From positions 62,001-126,000 of the forward strand of contig CT868002.1 in NCBI GenBank assembly GCA_000165425.1: 64,000 bases of DNA. Reading direction: 5' to 3'. The notes beneath the pieces are model-generated. The model was not told the DNA's origin and searched no databases. It saw only the letters and a program-made list of their open reading frames with translations. Below, piece by piece: positions 1 to 14,036 of the stretch (positions are counted from its first letter, which is position 1; each line of letters begins with the position of its first letter). This stretch comes from Paramecium tetraurelia (lineage: Eukaryota). The position numbers and the translations under genes are program-made.

Positions 1-1186
1 AACAAGCTGAGCAAGTTACAATTCCACTTCCATCCTTTACTGCATAGTAAAACTCTTAGCATTTTGTGCAGGATACAGTAGTACTGTTGATTGTGCATGA
101 AGCGCATCCTGTACCACATGGAGTGCAAGTCTTTGGAGTTTAGGTGTTCAACACATATATGCTTACACATGATGTGCAATTCTAATTACTGTCCATTTGA
201 GTGCAACCATCAGGTAATTTCTAACAGGTTGTTTAACCTATCAATTGATATCCGGATGCACATGCCAGACAGGATGTACCATTTTAACATTTTGTGCAAG
301 TAAGACTTGGTAAACATGAGGCACAGGTCTATCAATTACAAATATATTAAATTATTACTGTTATTCCATTAACTTAACTGATGTAGTAACCATCTGCGCA
401 GCTGGTGCAATTTGTACTATTTGTGCAACTGGTACAATAATCTAAGCATCTTTAACATGTTCCAGATCCATCTGTTGCTGATCCTGTTGTCAATCCACTG
501 AATGACCAGAAGTACCCACCAATACATTATGTGCATGTATTTCTAACGTAATCATATAAAATTAATACGCTGAAGGACAATTTTAACATCCTGCTATGGC
601 ACATGGACTGCAAAAACCATCAAAGTAATTGTAGTAATAGTCTGAGGAAGAGGATACTGATGGAATATAATCCCAATTTAAATGATATCCAGCTGAACAT
701 TGAGTGCATACATATCGAGTGCTACTATATACTGTACAGCCTTAATTCTCCACACATACTCCAGCAATCAAACTGAAACCTGAGTCGCATTTACCACACA
801 CATAGGCATTCCCATTTGAGTTTAATGAGTAACTCAAACATCCATCTGGCATATTTACGCATATTCTAAATTTATATTAAAATTCTCTACCCATTAAGCT
901 ATGTCCATCCTGGACTACAGGTTAAAGCCCCAGTTTAGTAATAATCTGTACACTGATAAAATCCTCCCTCTATTGGTTGACAAGGTTAGCACGATTGCCC
1001 AGCCCAATAGTAACCTTTTATTTAATATAGAATAATACCATTCATGCATTAATATGCTTGGCGGGTTGATTAACCAACTTTCATTGCACCGGTTGCCAAA
1101 CAACTTAAATATGTACAATCTAGAGGGGGCGATGATTATCCCAAAACGCCTATTAGTAGAATTGAGGCAATGAGTACTTTGTTCAT
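1..1186 (-). CDS. Cys-rich (furin-like/CxxC repeat) secreted or surface protein; 3' part lies outside the window
   Basis: Code 6 gives MNKVLIASILLIGVLGQSSPPLDC (signal peptide), then CxxC..GY repeats such as CTQCSAGYHLNWD and CTQCIGGYFW. Contains short GT-AG introns. Confidence 0.85.
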
Positions 1187-2312
1187 TATTATTAAAAAAA
1201 TTATTAATCAAGATATATTTTATCCACTCCTTTAAAACTTCAATATTTCCATCCCCCCTCTCCTCTTACTTACTCCTCCAAATAGGTTTCATCTCAAAAT
1301 CCATTCAGTATCAGTGCTCTTACTCTTGTTCCAAAATAAACTCTCCTGTATTAAATAACTGCACTTATTAAGCCCACTCCTTCATCGTATGCCATTTTTA
1401 ATTCGATAGTAAATACTAATGAAAATTATTACTTATTAATATTCATATTCATATTTTCCAAAAATTTTAAATCATAATTTTATCTTACTAATTTTGTATT
1501 AATTATCATTTCTCAAATATAACTATCTAAGAATCAAATATTGTTTCATGTATAATAGTAGTAATTAATTAAAAAATGTTTTATAGAATAAAGACAGAAA
1601 AATAGAAAAATGAGTGTTAATTTTTCTATTTCTAGAAAAATTTGCGCTCTTTTTTTATTTCAGATGAGTGGCATCGATTTCGGAAAATTAGTACAATTTT
1701 GGGAAATTATATTTTTTGAGTTTATAGAATATTAAATAAAATTGTACCCCATAAATTCAACTTAAAACAAGATTTTTTATAAACACTTTTCATTCCGCTG
1801 AACAAATTTAGTAGCAAAGGTTGGTATTTGTTTTATTTACATTTTGTTTCGATAATTAGTCAATCAATATATAAACCGATTTTTAAATTTATTAATAATG
1901 TTCAGAGTTTAATTAAAAGAAAAAAATCAAATATAATTCTACTAAAATCACAATTACCAATCCGATTCTCTAATAGCATCATATCTTTTAATGAGCAGAA
2001 CCATAAAGTGAATATATTACAGCTAGTTTTTGAGGTTAGCGTTAAAATGCTTTTGAAATTTCATTGGTTTCTGAATTAACATTTTATGTCTTCTAAATTT
2101 TACTAGATTATTTTTAAATATATAGTAACATACATGTATGATTCTTGTCCAGATATGTATATGAGAATTTTAGCAACAGATGAATAGATCTTACATAAAA
2201 ATCAGAAAGTTTAAATTGGTTGCCTAAAGCAGTTCTTTTAAATTCTTTTTCTATTAATTTTATTTAGTTATTAGGAAAATATTCATTTTTTGTGTTTTTT
2301 TAACAATGAAAA

Positions 2313-5300
2313 ATGAAAATTTTTTGTTTATTTCATCATCCTTGTAGGAATTTTGTAGTCAAAAGCCACAATTATTAATTAGCCAGGAAATTCAATTAAA
2401 AACCAAGTTGTATAAGCTACTTAATATGCTTGTTAAAATGGCTATTTTAATGGGTAGATTTGTAGCCAACGTCTATCGATGTAAAATGGATTTTGCACTT
2501 GTTCGAAGTAACTCAGGAGACTATCTTAATGGTTCTTAATGCAGCAGTTGCAACGATACTAATTGTCTTACTTGTACTGATGCAAGCACTTGTACCTCCT
2601 GTGCTCCTAATTATATGCTACTTAATAATGCTTGCACAAAATGTACTGGGTATTCTTATAAATGCACCTCCTGTTCTAATGGATACTGCAGTGGTTGTAT
2701 CAGTAATTACTTGATACAATCAGATGGAACTTGTCTAAAGTGTCCTGATAATTGCACTCAAGGGTGTGCTAAAAATACATAAGCAAACACTAATCCTACT
2801 ACTTGTTAAATTTGTCAAGATCAATATTATTTAACCAGTAGTGGATTATGTTCTAAATGTTAAAGTCCCTTTTTAAGGTGCAGCTATGATTCTAGTACTC
2901 AATAAGTACATCCAACTTATTGTGTGGATGGCTACTTTTTAGTTAACAGATCATGCATTAAAGCCTAAGATGAAAATACATGCTTCAAATTATACTAACC
3001 TAATGATGGAACTCAAGTCAACTCTTAATTATGCTAAGATTGTTGGCCATCTTATGTATAAAGTAATTAGATTTGTTATAAATGTTCTTATTGTGCTGAC
3101 AATAGTTGCTCATTAGATCAAAATAATAAACCCATCTGCAGTTAATGTGTTAATTATTATTATAGTGATTCAAACTCCATTTGTTAGTAATGTGTTGCTA
3201 ATTGTATTCAATGCAATGCTGCAGGAATTGAGAACTGTCAATAATGTGATATTGGATATTACAAGAGTTCAAATGCTTGCATTGCTTGTACTACTGATAA
3301 TAACAATAAACCTACTTGTTTGAATTGCTCCAATGAAACCACTTGTTCTACTTGTTAAAATGGTTATTATGAATCTAATGGACAATGTTTAGCTTGTTAA
3401 TATGGTTGCAGTCAATGTATATCTCCAGGTAATGTTTGCATCGCTTGTATTACTGGCTTTTATTTATAAAATGGAGGTTGTGTCAAAGATCTAGGAAATT
3501 GTTTAGAAAAATAATAGAACCAGAACAACGGTTGCTAAATATGTGCCTATGGGTTATATCCTATTAAGGGTTGGCTATCATAATCAGGTTAATCTTAAGT
3601 AGTTGATGCCTCTTGTTTCTAATGTGTCTATCCTTAAGCAGCAGTAAACATTAATTATTATCTAGTTTGTTTGTTGAGCTAACCCGTCAGACAACCAAGT
3701 TGCGAGTGCTTCTTACGGATCCGTTCCTTCCTTAAAAATTCAAATTATTTTAAAACTGCTGCTCCTTTAGGTTCAACAAGACAGACAAGTCCATAATGCA
3801 AACTTGGATCTTTTTGGACTCAATAAAGTTGTATGCCTTGTCCAACAGTAAGTAATGGAATCTGTAGCAATTGTAATAACTTTACAAGTTGCACTTAAAT
3901 TTAATGTAATGTATAGTATCAATTAATTGCAATCAAAAATGTTTAATAATGTGCATAAATACCTACAGGATGTATTGAGATATAGTATTCTGATAAAATG
4001 ATATCATTGGCATGCACCAAATGTAGTACTGGATATACTTTGATTGGTAATATTTGTATTTCAATTACTGGATGTTAGGCAGTTAATTAGAATAATGGAG
4101 CTTGTTCTTCATGTTTAAATGGATATTACTTTAATTGGGATTTCGTATTAACTAGTCCCAATACATCATTGTCAATTAATACTTATTACTATCAAACTTT
4201 CAATCCATTTTGTAGTAAATGCAATGCAGGTTGTGCCATATGTCCATCATATTAGACTTGTACTCAATGTTTACCTGGATACTTTTGGTATTAATCAACT
4301 CTAACAACAAATTCATATTCCTTTAAAACTTATACAATTACTTAAACAAATGACTCTGGTTAATGTGTTGCATGTCCTAAAAATTGCTAAACTTGTATAA
4401 GTGCAACAGTTTGCACAGCCTGCAATACCAATTTCACTGTAGATCCTAATTCAACAAATGGAGATTGCATATGCTCTTCGCCTCTTACTTACAATTAAGC
4501 CAATTAAAGTTGTATTCTACTACCTTCTGGTAATTCTACTTGTTCCTTTGGAGGATGCATCTAGTGTAATTCTGATAATACATAATGTCAAGCTTGTAGT
4601 CCTTAATATGCATTAACAGGTCCAGCTTCATGCACCTAATGTCTGAATTGCAACTAATGCTCTCTTTAAGCTGGAACATCAAATCCAACTTGTTTAGAAT
4701 GTGCAGATGGATATTATAAAGTTTAAGCATATGATGGAGCTCCTATAACCTGTTAATTATGTTCACAATCCTTGAATAATTCTTTAAGATGTTAAGGTGT
4801 CTTAGAAAATCAAACTCAATTGACCGCTATTTAATGTGCAGATAACTACTTTTTATTTGGAAATGCTTGTAATTAAGCTGGAAACACAAATTGCTTCACA
4901 ATTTCCAATACCAACAGTCAATCTTGTCAATAATGTCTTCCTGGATACACATTGTATGGAAATAATTGCGATCAATGTAATACTAAGATTCTTAATTGTT
5001 TGACTTTTATTTCCAACTCAGATCAAAGTGCATTAATCTGCCAAACATGCATAAATGGATATGTTTTAAATACTAATACAAACTCCTGTTAATAATGTCC
5101 CTCTGGATGTTAGACCTGCACTGTTACTGGCACTGTTGCTCTCTATACACTTTCTTGTAGTACTTGTGCTGATGGAAACTATATTGACAGTAATGGAAAT
5201 TGTTGGGGATGTCCTTTTGATTGCAAATCATGCGACTCAAAATATGTAATAAATTCATTCTCTATCATTTAGAATTGTAATACTTGTAAGGATGGGTATT

Positions 5301-5812
5301 ATTTAATACAATCTTCAGTAACATTCAGCACCAAATCATATATATTTAAACCTTGTTATCCTTGTCAAAATAACTGTGCAACTTGTACAGGACCCACTGG
5401 AAATAATTTGTTAAACTTGCAAAACTGGATTTGTTCTTCAAAATGGAGGCTGCATTGATTTAACTTTGAAAATGCAAAATGATCAAAATACTTATAGTTT
5501 AGCTAATTGTTACACCTCTGATTCCACTGGTTGTACAATATGCTTAGCTGGATTTTTCTTAGATTCCTAACGGGTTTGTCAAGAATGTGTTTCTCCTTAC
5601 AATAATGTATTCATTTTCTCATTATGTTTTAGTTTGTCTGTGGCATTAAGGCAGTATCTCCGACTACACCTTCTGATAATAATGGCTAAACTGATACAAA
5701 TAATCCAAGGCAAAATACAACTACAAACTAAATTGAGATAGGGTACAATCCAATCTAGCCAAGCAGTCCAAGTTAAATATTAGTAGCAATGCTAATTTTT
5801 ATGATATAATGA
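2313..5812 (+). pseudogene. Cys-rich furin-like repeat surface protein with hydrophobic (GPI-like) tail; frame disrupted (pseudogene or sequencing errors)
   Basis: Many CxxC-GY repeats and a C-terminus ILVAMLIFMIQ*. An extra T near 2320 and near 5408 shifts the frame. TGA at 3675-3677 is in frame if intron 3644-3665 is spliced. Confidence 0.7.
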
Positions 5813-6023
5813 GAAATTAAAAAAATAAGATATAATATTTATAGTTATTTTTGGTAATATGCTATAGTAACAATAAAAATTAAGATTGATATTAATTTCT
5901 TATTCATTATGTGTATGAACAAATTAATTTGGAAATTATAAATTTTGAATTCAATATAATTTAGGATTTATAAAAACAAAGTAAATGATAGAAATCTTTA
6001 AGCAAAAAATAAATAATCTAAAT

Positions 6024-7191
6024 TCAAGGACTCAGAACTACGATCTATTTAGATTTCTCCATCTAATCCACACAACTCCTTATAAATATCAATTATTTTT
6101 ATTATCAGATTTTGATGAAAATAATCTGCTGATTATCTTAGCCTATGGTTTTCTCTAAAGAAACGATCGGCCTTTACTCTAAGAGAATCCTTACTGAGTT
6201 CCTTAATTTGGAGAATGAATTTAAGGTAATACATCTTGAGATTCAGCATTATTTAACTTATACTAAATTTTGCCTTGTATTTGTTAGCCTCCAGACTCTC
6301 GCATAGTTTCTTGAGCGGTCTTTGATTTTCTCATTTGAGAATCCTCTGGTTGAGCATATAATATTTCATTTCCTGGTATAGTCTGTTTTGATGAGTTAGT
6401 TCTGATGGCTGTTTCTTGTTATGAGATGGGTCCATAGCCGTAAGGAATGTTTTAGGCTTATGATAATTTAGATTGGATTTGAGGGAGAAATGCAGTGGAA
6501 TTACTTTTTCTCAAAAGGTCGTTTAAATTCTAACGATTATTGAAACGATCAGATTCAAGCAGAGACTTTTTGTAGCTGGGAAAGTCCATTTGATCGGATG
6601 ATAGTCTCACATTATCTTATTCATTCTGTTTGGTGTGAAATTGGACTCTCACAGCAGAATCGGCAGTATTGGAGGAGCCTTCAATTTTAGATCTAAGCAC
6701 ACGTGAACCCACTATATTTTTTTGTATAGGTTTTGGAGGTTATGCTTCTTTTTATGAATATATGTGAATGAATTCATCACGAATGTCAGTTTCCTTAATT
6801 CGTTTGATCTATTCTTGATAAGTAACTTTATTGCGTGATTCATAGAGTTACGGAGGAGATTGTGGCTTTTAACTAAAACCTTTGATAACTTTGACAGGAG
6901 AACTAGATATAGGATGAGTTGGTACGTGATTTTTGGTGGCTACGCATTTGGCTTGTTCTGAATAATTTACCCATTATTTCGTTTGCCAAGACTCTACTGA
7001 GATTCATGTTGAGTAAGACGAGTTTAAGCAGGTTTAAAAGTGTATTCCATTTATGGTCTTCCTGATCCCTTAGAACTAGTTATAGAGTTTTTCAGACTGG
7101 ATTGGTTGGGATTGAAAAAAGTGGCTGTTTATTTGAATGCATCCTAAAGTCTGGAATCATCAAAACAGTCCTAATATTCATATTGATTCAT
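6024..7191 (-). CDS. Hypothetical protein (~380 aa, S/Q/K-rich)
   Basis: Open in code 6 from MNQYEYQDCF to VVLSP* after removing one 23-nt intron (gtaccaactc...tctag). Confidence 0.75.
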
Positions 7192-8006
7192 TATTTTAAA
7201 TTATATATATAAATGTTTAGAATAAAAATAGTTGTGAAGCAAACTCGGAGATTTTATTTAATATGAAATAAAATTACTTCATACTGAAAAAAGAACAAAA
7301 TTTGCTATAACCCTAATTAAATCATTAAATTCTCAGAATCTATTATCAAAACAAGGTATGAACTCTAGGATCTTCATTAATCTATCAACTGTAAATTAAA
7401 AAGTATTATAGAGGATAGTTCAATCAACCATTTTATTTTCTAAATGAATTTCTATAAATTTCAGTAAAGTATTAATTATGTTTTTAATTTATGAACAATT
7501 CCTAATTTATAGTAAAAACAATTTATTTATTCTCTCATTAAGAAGTATTTTAAAAGTAATTCCTCTTTATATATCAAGAATTTTGTAATTATTTTAGAAT
7601 AATCCCTAAAACAAAATGAATAAATTTGTCTTATGATAATTTATCATTAAGCTTTCATTTGTTATAGATATAATTGTTATATTATAATTGGGATTGCTAT
7701 TTTTTGATATATTAATTTGAATTAAATAAAGACCCAAACTTTAAAAACTCTTTATGTAGTGTTAATTTATTTCTCAATATATTTTTTGGTATCTAAATTG
7801 TGATTTTATCTTGAACAATACTATTTCCACCCTTTGAATATTTATTAACTTATTTAAATTCATTCTTAAAGGTAGATATTATTTACAAGGTTTATTTAGT
7901 TCCTTATTTCCAAAATAATTTAAGTGATTATGTTAGAATTTCCATACACAGTATTGAATTCTCACTTTCTTATTAAGAAATCAAAAAACAATAATTTATT
8001 ATCGAA

Positions 8007-8339
8007 ATGAAAAGTTTAGGGTACAACCAACTTCAACTGAGTCAGAAGATTATCAAAACAGAAGGGGATGATTCTGAAATGCTTTTGCCAGAATCGGATA
8101 AAGACGAACTAGGATAAATATTAAATACAGAAGAAAGCAGAGGAAAGCCAATGAAAGAACTTAGATTTAGTCTCAAAAATCAAGTTTGGATATTTGATAG
8201 GAATCAAAAAAGACATCAATCATACAAATCACCTTCTCCGGTAGGAACCAAATCTTCGCCTTCCATTTTAAAAAATAAAAATGCAATAACGAAATAATAA
8301 AATCATGACCATATTATTTAAACTAATTAACCACAATGA
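8007..8339 (+). CDS. Small hypothetical protein (110 aa)
   Basis: Uninterrupted code-6 ORF MKSLGYNQLQ...QPQ*; contains KELRFSLKNQVWIF. Confidence 0.65.
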
Positions 8340-8491
8340 ATCTTAGGATTAAATCTAAATGCTAAACCCTATCTTCAGGAAACTAAATGTATTTTTATAT
8401 AAAACATAAAATTGAATTTTAGACTATTAATGTGCGAATTGATTAATAAAATAATTAATAATTGTCTCTCAATATATTTAACAGTTCAAAA

Positions 8492-10029
8492 TCAATTCGA
8501 TTTTTTTAATTATTTTCTCAATAACACTTACTACACCTCAATTTGCATACAATTTTGATCTATTTTATCCTTGTTCTTTTTGAAAATTGCTGAAGCCTGA
8601 AATTCAGATCGAAACTCATTCTAAAATAAATAGAATATCTCATTATTACTTGATGCAAGGATATTAATAATTAAGCCAATAAATTTGGCTTTATGTTCTC
8701 CTTTAATTGCTCCCACAATAAGTCTATTTTTGAAGCTTCATTTTAAATAGCTTTAATTTCTTCTTTGATTTTTTTAAATGAACTAAAATAGCAAACAATT
8801 CGTACTCTGTTATGTTTTATTTTGATAACCCTATCTTTAATTTAATTCTCTCATTATTAATATAGTTCTCAGGTTTCATCTCGATATTTCTCAAAATATC
8901 TCTTAGAAATTCCGAGACATTTCTAAAATGCTTTGAATACAATAATACTTCTAATTTTAAGAGAAGAAATCTCGATCGTCTAGAATACTGAACAAATATT
9001 TTGCTTGCAATGGCAACGAAACATCCAAAATTGAATATGAATGTGCTTTTGCTGCATCTATTCTCTCTTGTTTATTGGAAGATGTTCTGTATTTCAATGC
9101 ATCCAATAGAATTTCAATTTCAGTATCATCCTTCCCTTGTGTCATACATTCTTCTAATCTTTCAAATAATTTCTACTGCTAATTTAAAAATGCTTAGAAC
9201 TAAATCATTTGAAGAATATGTACTTTATCCTGTTGTCTATTATAAGTTTCAATTGATTTTTATAAACTGTTACATTGTTATCTCAATTTATCATTTTCAT
9301 CCTGCAAATCTTTAACTCTAATCTCTAAGAGTTCATAATAAATCTTCTTGCGAGCCCTTGAATTTCTTGCAGATTCTCTATTCCTCACCTACTTGAGTCT
9401 GTTTGGGTCTAAATTGCCATAATTAATTGAATCTGGAATTTCAGAAGATGATTGATCACTATGTTCAACAGGTACATTTAGTTGTTATTCATTTTTCCTT
9501 TCCATTTTCTGCTAACTTCTTCTAAATCAAATCAATAAATATGATTACGATTATCTTATTTTTTTAGTTACAATCAATTAATTATTAGCATCTTTCTTAA
9601 CGAGATTTTATATTTTATTTGAGTAAATGCAATTTGTTTAGGCTATAATTTCAGATTGTAATTATTCATTTAACTTATTTTAGTGTTTTTTCGTACATTT
9701 TCCTAACAACAATTAATTAACAATTTACTTTTATTCTGATTTCTCTGATCATTTTAGCTTCCATCTCTTGAATTATCCCCATCGCTTCCACTTCTTGGTT
9801 AACCTTCGAATGAACTGTTGTTTTTAATTTGTAATCTATCCATTCGTTAATTTTCATATTAAATGACTCTGGACATTTAGTCAGTTCTTTGGTCAACGTC
9901 TTCAAAAATCTAAATTTTGGGAAGTTACTATTCCAGATGGATTTAAGTAGACGGGTCAAGCTAAGCAAAAAATACTATATTCTAATTGACTTCGCATGAT
10001 CTAAAATACTTGTATAGTTGGTTACTCAT
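8492..10029 (-). CDS. bZIP transcription factor
   Basis: Basic region RLKQVRNRESARNSRARKK followed by heptad leucines (LEIRVKDLQDENDKLRQQCNSL). Several 24-27 nt introns. Confidence 0.9.
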
Positions 10030-11429
10030 TGAAAAAATATTAAAGAATCGCTCATCTATTATTAGTATTAAATTAAATAACATTTTGTCAATTATTTAAT
10101 CCAAACGCTATCACAAGATGATTGTAAATAATAGATTTTTTAGTTTTATATTTTTCAGTATTTGCGTAAGATTAATTAAATTTAACATCATTTAATTAAA
10201 ATGACAACATATTCACATAATTAAGAAATTAATTAATTTTGAATTAATTAAATTAAACAATTCTTAACATTTATCGTTCGCTTATCATCAATGTTATTCA
10301 CAAAAAATCCCAGCAAATCATAAACCCTTATTATGGATGAAGAATAACCATATATTTCTAATTTTCTAAAATTGAATTTAAAACGTTAAATAGCTTTTAT
10401 CACGAGTTGATAATTAATTAAGATAAATTATCTATCTCCTTTTAATTGATATTTATTATTTACTTAAGTTCTTGTTATAATTTAACAATTGTAATTTCAA
10501 AAAAGAATAATGTCAAAAACCATTATCTAACCTCTTTTAGATAATGAGAGAATAAAGACTACGGAAAATATTCTAGTTATAGATTACGATCTCTAATATT
10601 ATAGATATTAAGAATAAAGTAATAAGGGATCAAGATTAATAAAAAATTTATTAATCATAATATTTTTATGCACTATATTAAATGCTCTATCTAAAAATAA
10701 ATTTAATATTTCTTCTCATTTTATCCATATTACTATCAAATTTATTCATCTAATGAATTAAAATTTGAATAGATATTTTTGTAGTTTTATAATGCGATAA
10801 AATTTATAGTTTCTTTATAATTTAAAAAAGAATGTTATTTTAGATGCATTTTTAAGATGGGCTATCGATAATTAATGATCAGCTGATTTTCTTTAAAACT
10901 ATTATTCAGATTAATTTTCTGAATTGTTTATATGATATTAATAAGATGAATATATGAAAAATTATAAATAAAGTCATCCTCAATAAATAATCTTCCAATT
11001 TTAATTTATAAAGACTAATTGTATAGATATATATTTGCTTCACAAATGAGAATTTAATGAGGAAAATTAAAGAATATAGTATTTGTAATTATATACTCCT
11101 TTTATTTGTTGAATAATTTCTACTCAGTAATTGCAGTCCAATCATTATGATTGCTTAACATTATCAACTTTAAATTTGAATAAATTATCCCGGGACTATT
11201 TGTTTTATTCAAAATTATTGCTTAGATTATGTTAGTTTGAAGTAGTTATATACTGTTGATGGAGATTATGAGTATAATTATAAATTAATTTTTTTGGTAT
11301 TAAAGTATTATGAAACTTATCATTAGATATTTGATAGGATATTGATTTAATGTAAAGCAATGCAACCGAATAATTGAATTGAGAATAGTTTAGAGAACTA
11401 TGTGTATAGTTTATATTTCAAACAATATT

Positions 11430-11715
11430 TCATTCATCCCATTCGCCTAACATTCCCTTCCTTAGCTTTAGGATTAAGCAACTATCGTTTGGAACAGCTT
11501 AGTCTTACAGATTGGCTTTGTCATCTAATAGCTAGTTTTAGATGTATGTACTCTCTTACTCTATCTCCTAAATAGATTCTCATGTCCTGGATTTCCTATT
11601 TGTAGTAAGGTAGCAATTTCCTTTTCAATATTTCCACTGGATCAAGCAGTGAGCATTCGAAAAAGAATACTCTATTTTCTCTTTTAATTCTCAAATATAT
11701 TTTTAATGGTTCCAT
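11430..11715 (-). CDS. Ubiquitin-like protein, Elongin B-like
   Basis: MEPLKIYLRIKRENRVFFFEC...MRIYLGDR|LLDDKANLQDQAVPNDSCLILKLRK...EWDE* with one 28-nt intron. Resembles the Elongin B ubiquitin-like fold pattern. Confidence 0.75.
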
Positions 11716-11739
11716 GTGAATTATTAAAATAAATAAATT

Positions 11740-14036
11740 ATGAAGATCGCAAAAGTGGTTGAATGGAAACCCATATACATAGATCAGAAGCTTATGGAGA
11801 AGTTGCTGCAACCATTTTCGTAGATAAATCATTTGAGTCAAGGGAAGAAGAAGTCAGTCAATAAAGTTTAAACATCATCCTTTGCTTATAATTCTATGTT
11901 AATTTAAGACATCAATTGTATCAGCGAGTTGGAACAATTGAATGAAAAAATAGTAGAAAGACTTTGTAGGGATATGAATAAGTGTGATTAATTTTATAAT
12001 GTACATCAATAGCAAATATAAGTGAAATTAAGAAAGTTGATATATAACATTTTCATTTATCAAGATCTGCAGAAGGTGGACGACATTAAATCGAAATTGT
12101 ACATCCTGAAGCAATATTCAGAGATGCTGTTTTTAGAATGCAACTTATTGGAGCAATTCGCGCAGTTTAATGACATTGTTATTAAAAAGGTTCTGAAGAA
12201 GTACAAAAAGTAAGTATTCATCCAAGATTCCTAATACAATTTACAGAGGATGCAGAGCATATATAATGAGTTATAAATATTCAATAATCGTCAGGAGATT
12301 CAAAAGATACAAGTCAAATTAAAGTTGCTTTACTCGCGTTGTCTATCATCTAAATAGAAGAATTAGAATATTCGGAAACTTAAATACCATAATATTTACA
12401 AGGGATTTACAAGAAAGGAGCAATTATTAATTGGCTTATATTTGGGTGGTTCTTTTTGCTTATTGTTATACATCATGTCGAAGAGAAACTAGTTAAATAA
12501 CAACTTTTACTAGAAGTATGAAATCCAAATATAAATAGTCAATTTTATTATGATTTATACTTTCCCATGTTCAGAGGAATTGGGTTAATGATTTTATATT
12601 ATTGGTCACTCATATTTTGTGTATATTGTTGGATTAAAGGCAATGTTGGATATAGATCAATATTTAATTTCAAATATCATAGCTCGTCAATTAACTAATT
12701 GATCAAAAGAGCCGCCTTCATAACATTAGTGTATTTTGCAGTGTTGATCATCAGTTTGTAAAAGGAACTCTACCTAGAAGAGGAAAAAGATATCAATAAA
12801 TATCTCTTAGATTACATAACAGATAAAATAGCATATGATCCTGCAATAGGTCCATTGATAATATGGATTATTATGATAATCTATATGGTTTGGCCTTCAA
12901 AAAAGTACCTGAATGCTAAAGGGAGAAAATACTTCTGGAGGATTGTATATACAAGTATGTTGGCAGGGTTTTTTGACTGCCCCTTTGTTAACGGTTGGGC
13001 AACAGACTAATTGCTATCATTGGTGTTGATGCTTAAGGATTTTGGTTATACAGTGTGCTTCTATTTTGAATACTTCAAGAATATAAGTGATTATGATTCT
13101 TAAGCTACTTGTGGTGATCCTAAAAATCTGCAGATAGGTTTAATTGTCTGTTTGGTTCCTATTTTCTTGAGATTTGTTCAGTTAGGGAGATGTTTCTATG
13201 ATGCAGGGAAAATAACTAGAGATGACTTCTTTGTCGTTCTAATATATGTGGAAGTCACGATGGTAAATGTGTTCTCATATTTATCGTAATTTGGATAGAT
13301 TTACTTTATAATGTGGATAATCTCTTTCTGCACACTTGCTTGTCATGCTTATTTTTGGGATGTTAAGAAGGATTGGGGTTTGTTTTAACCTAACACAAAA
13401 CATAACAAACTTAGAAATCAATTAGCATTTAAATCTATCTTCTATTATATTGCTATAGTTTTGGAATTCTTTCTTCGTTTTGCTTGGATTCTTTCGATAT
13501 CACCTAATATGGCATCAATCATCCACGTTTGGTCGCCATTCTTCTCCTTAATCATGGCCATTTTTGAGTTGTGTAGAAGGACAGTTTGGAATATATTTAG
13601 AATTGAGAATGTTCACATTTAGAATATGGGAGATTTTAAGGCAGTTTATCCAGTCTAACTGCCATTTGAATCGTTGATTGACTAATAGTCTTATACGAAC
13701 ATTAAAGAATTGAGAAAAACACAGATAGATCCAATCAATATTTCATTGTTGGGTGGATAATAGAATTAATAATCTGTCGCAGGGTAATACTTTTAAATTA
13801 GGAACTCATTGAGATCAGATTCAATCGAAGATGAATCAAAATTAAATTAATTGTAACAGTAAGAGTAGGATTTAATTGCTGAAACTATGTTTGAGGATAG
13901 AAAGAGAGAAAGTATTTTAACTATGCGATATTCTCAATTTAAGTTTGATCATCAAAATGAGAAATAGACACTGAGTAAACAAGAATTACTAAGAGATCTG
14001 TCCGCAATTCAGGAGTTGATCAAAAAGATGAATTGA
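11740..14036 (+). CDS. SPX-EXS protein (XPR1/SYG1/PHO1 family phosphate exporter)
   Basis: SPX-like start MKIAKVVEWKPIYID and KKVLKKYKK. EXS motifs WATDQLLSL, WDVKKDWGLF, LRFAW and ELCRRTVWNIFRIENVH. Confidence 0.92.

Noticed and set aside
1208..1452. Short purine-rich coding-like segment on the minus strand
   Set aside because: No consistent gene model; frames are either ~52 aa or interrupted by TGA.
1746..1756. USE-like CCCCATAAA motif (another at ~33448 inside a CDS)
   Set aside because: No recognisable snRNA or structured RNA at the expected distance downstream.
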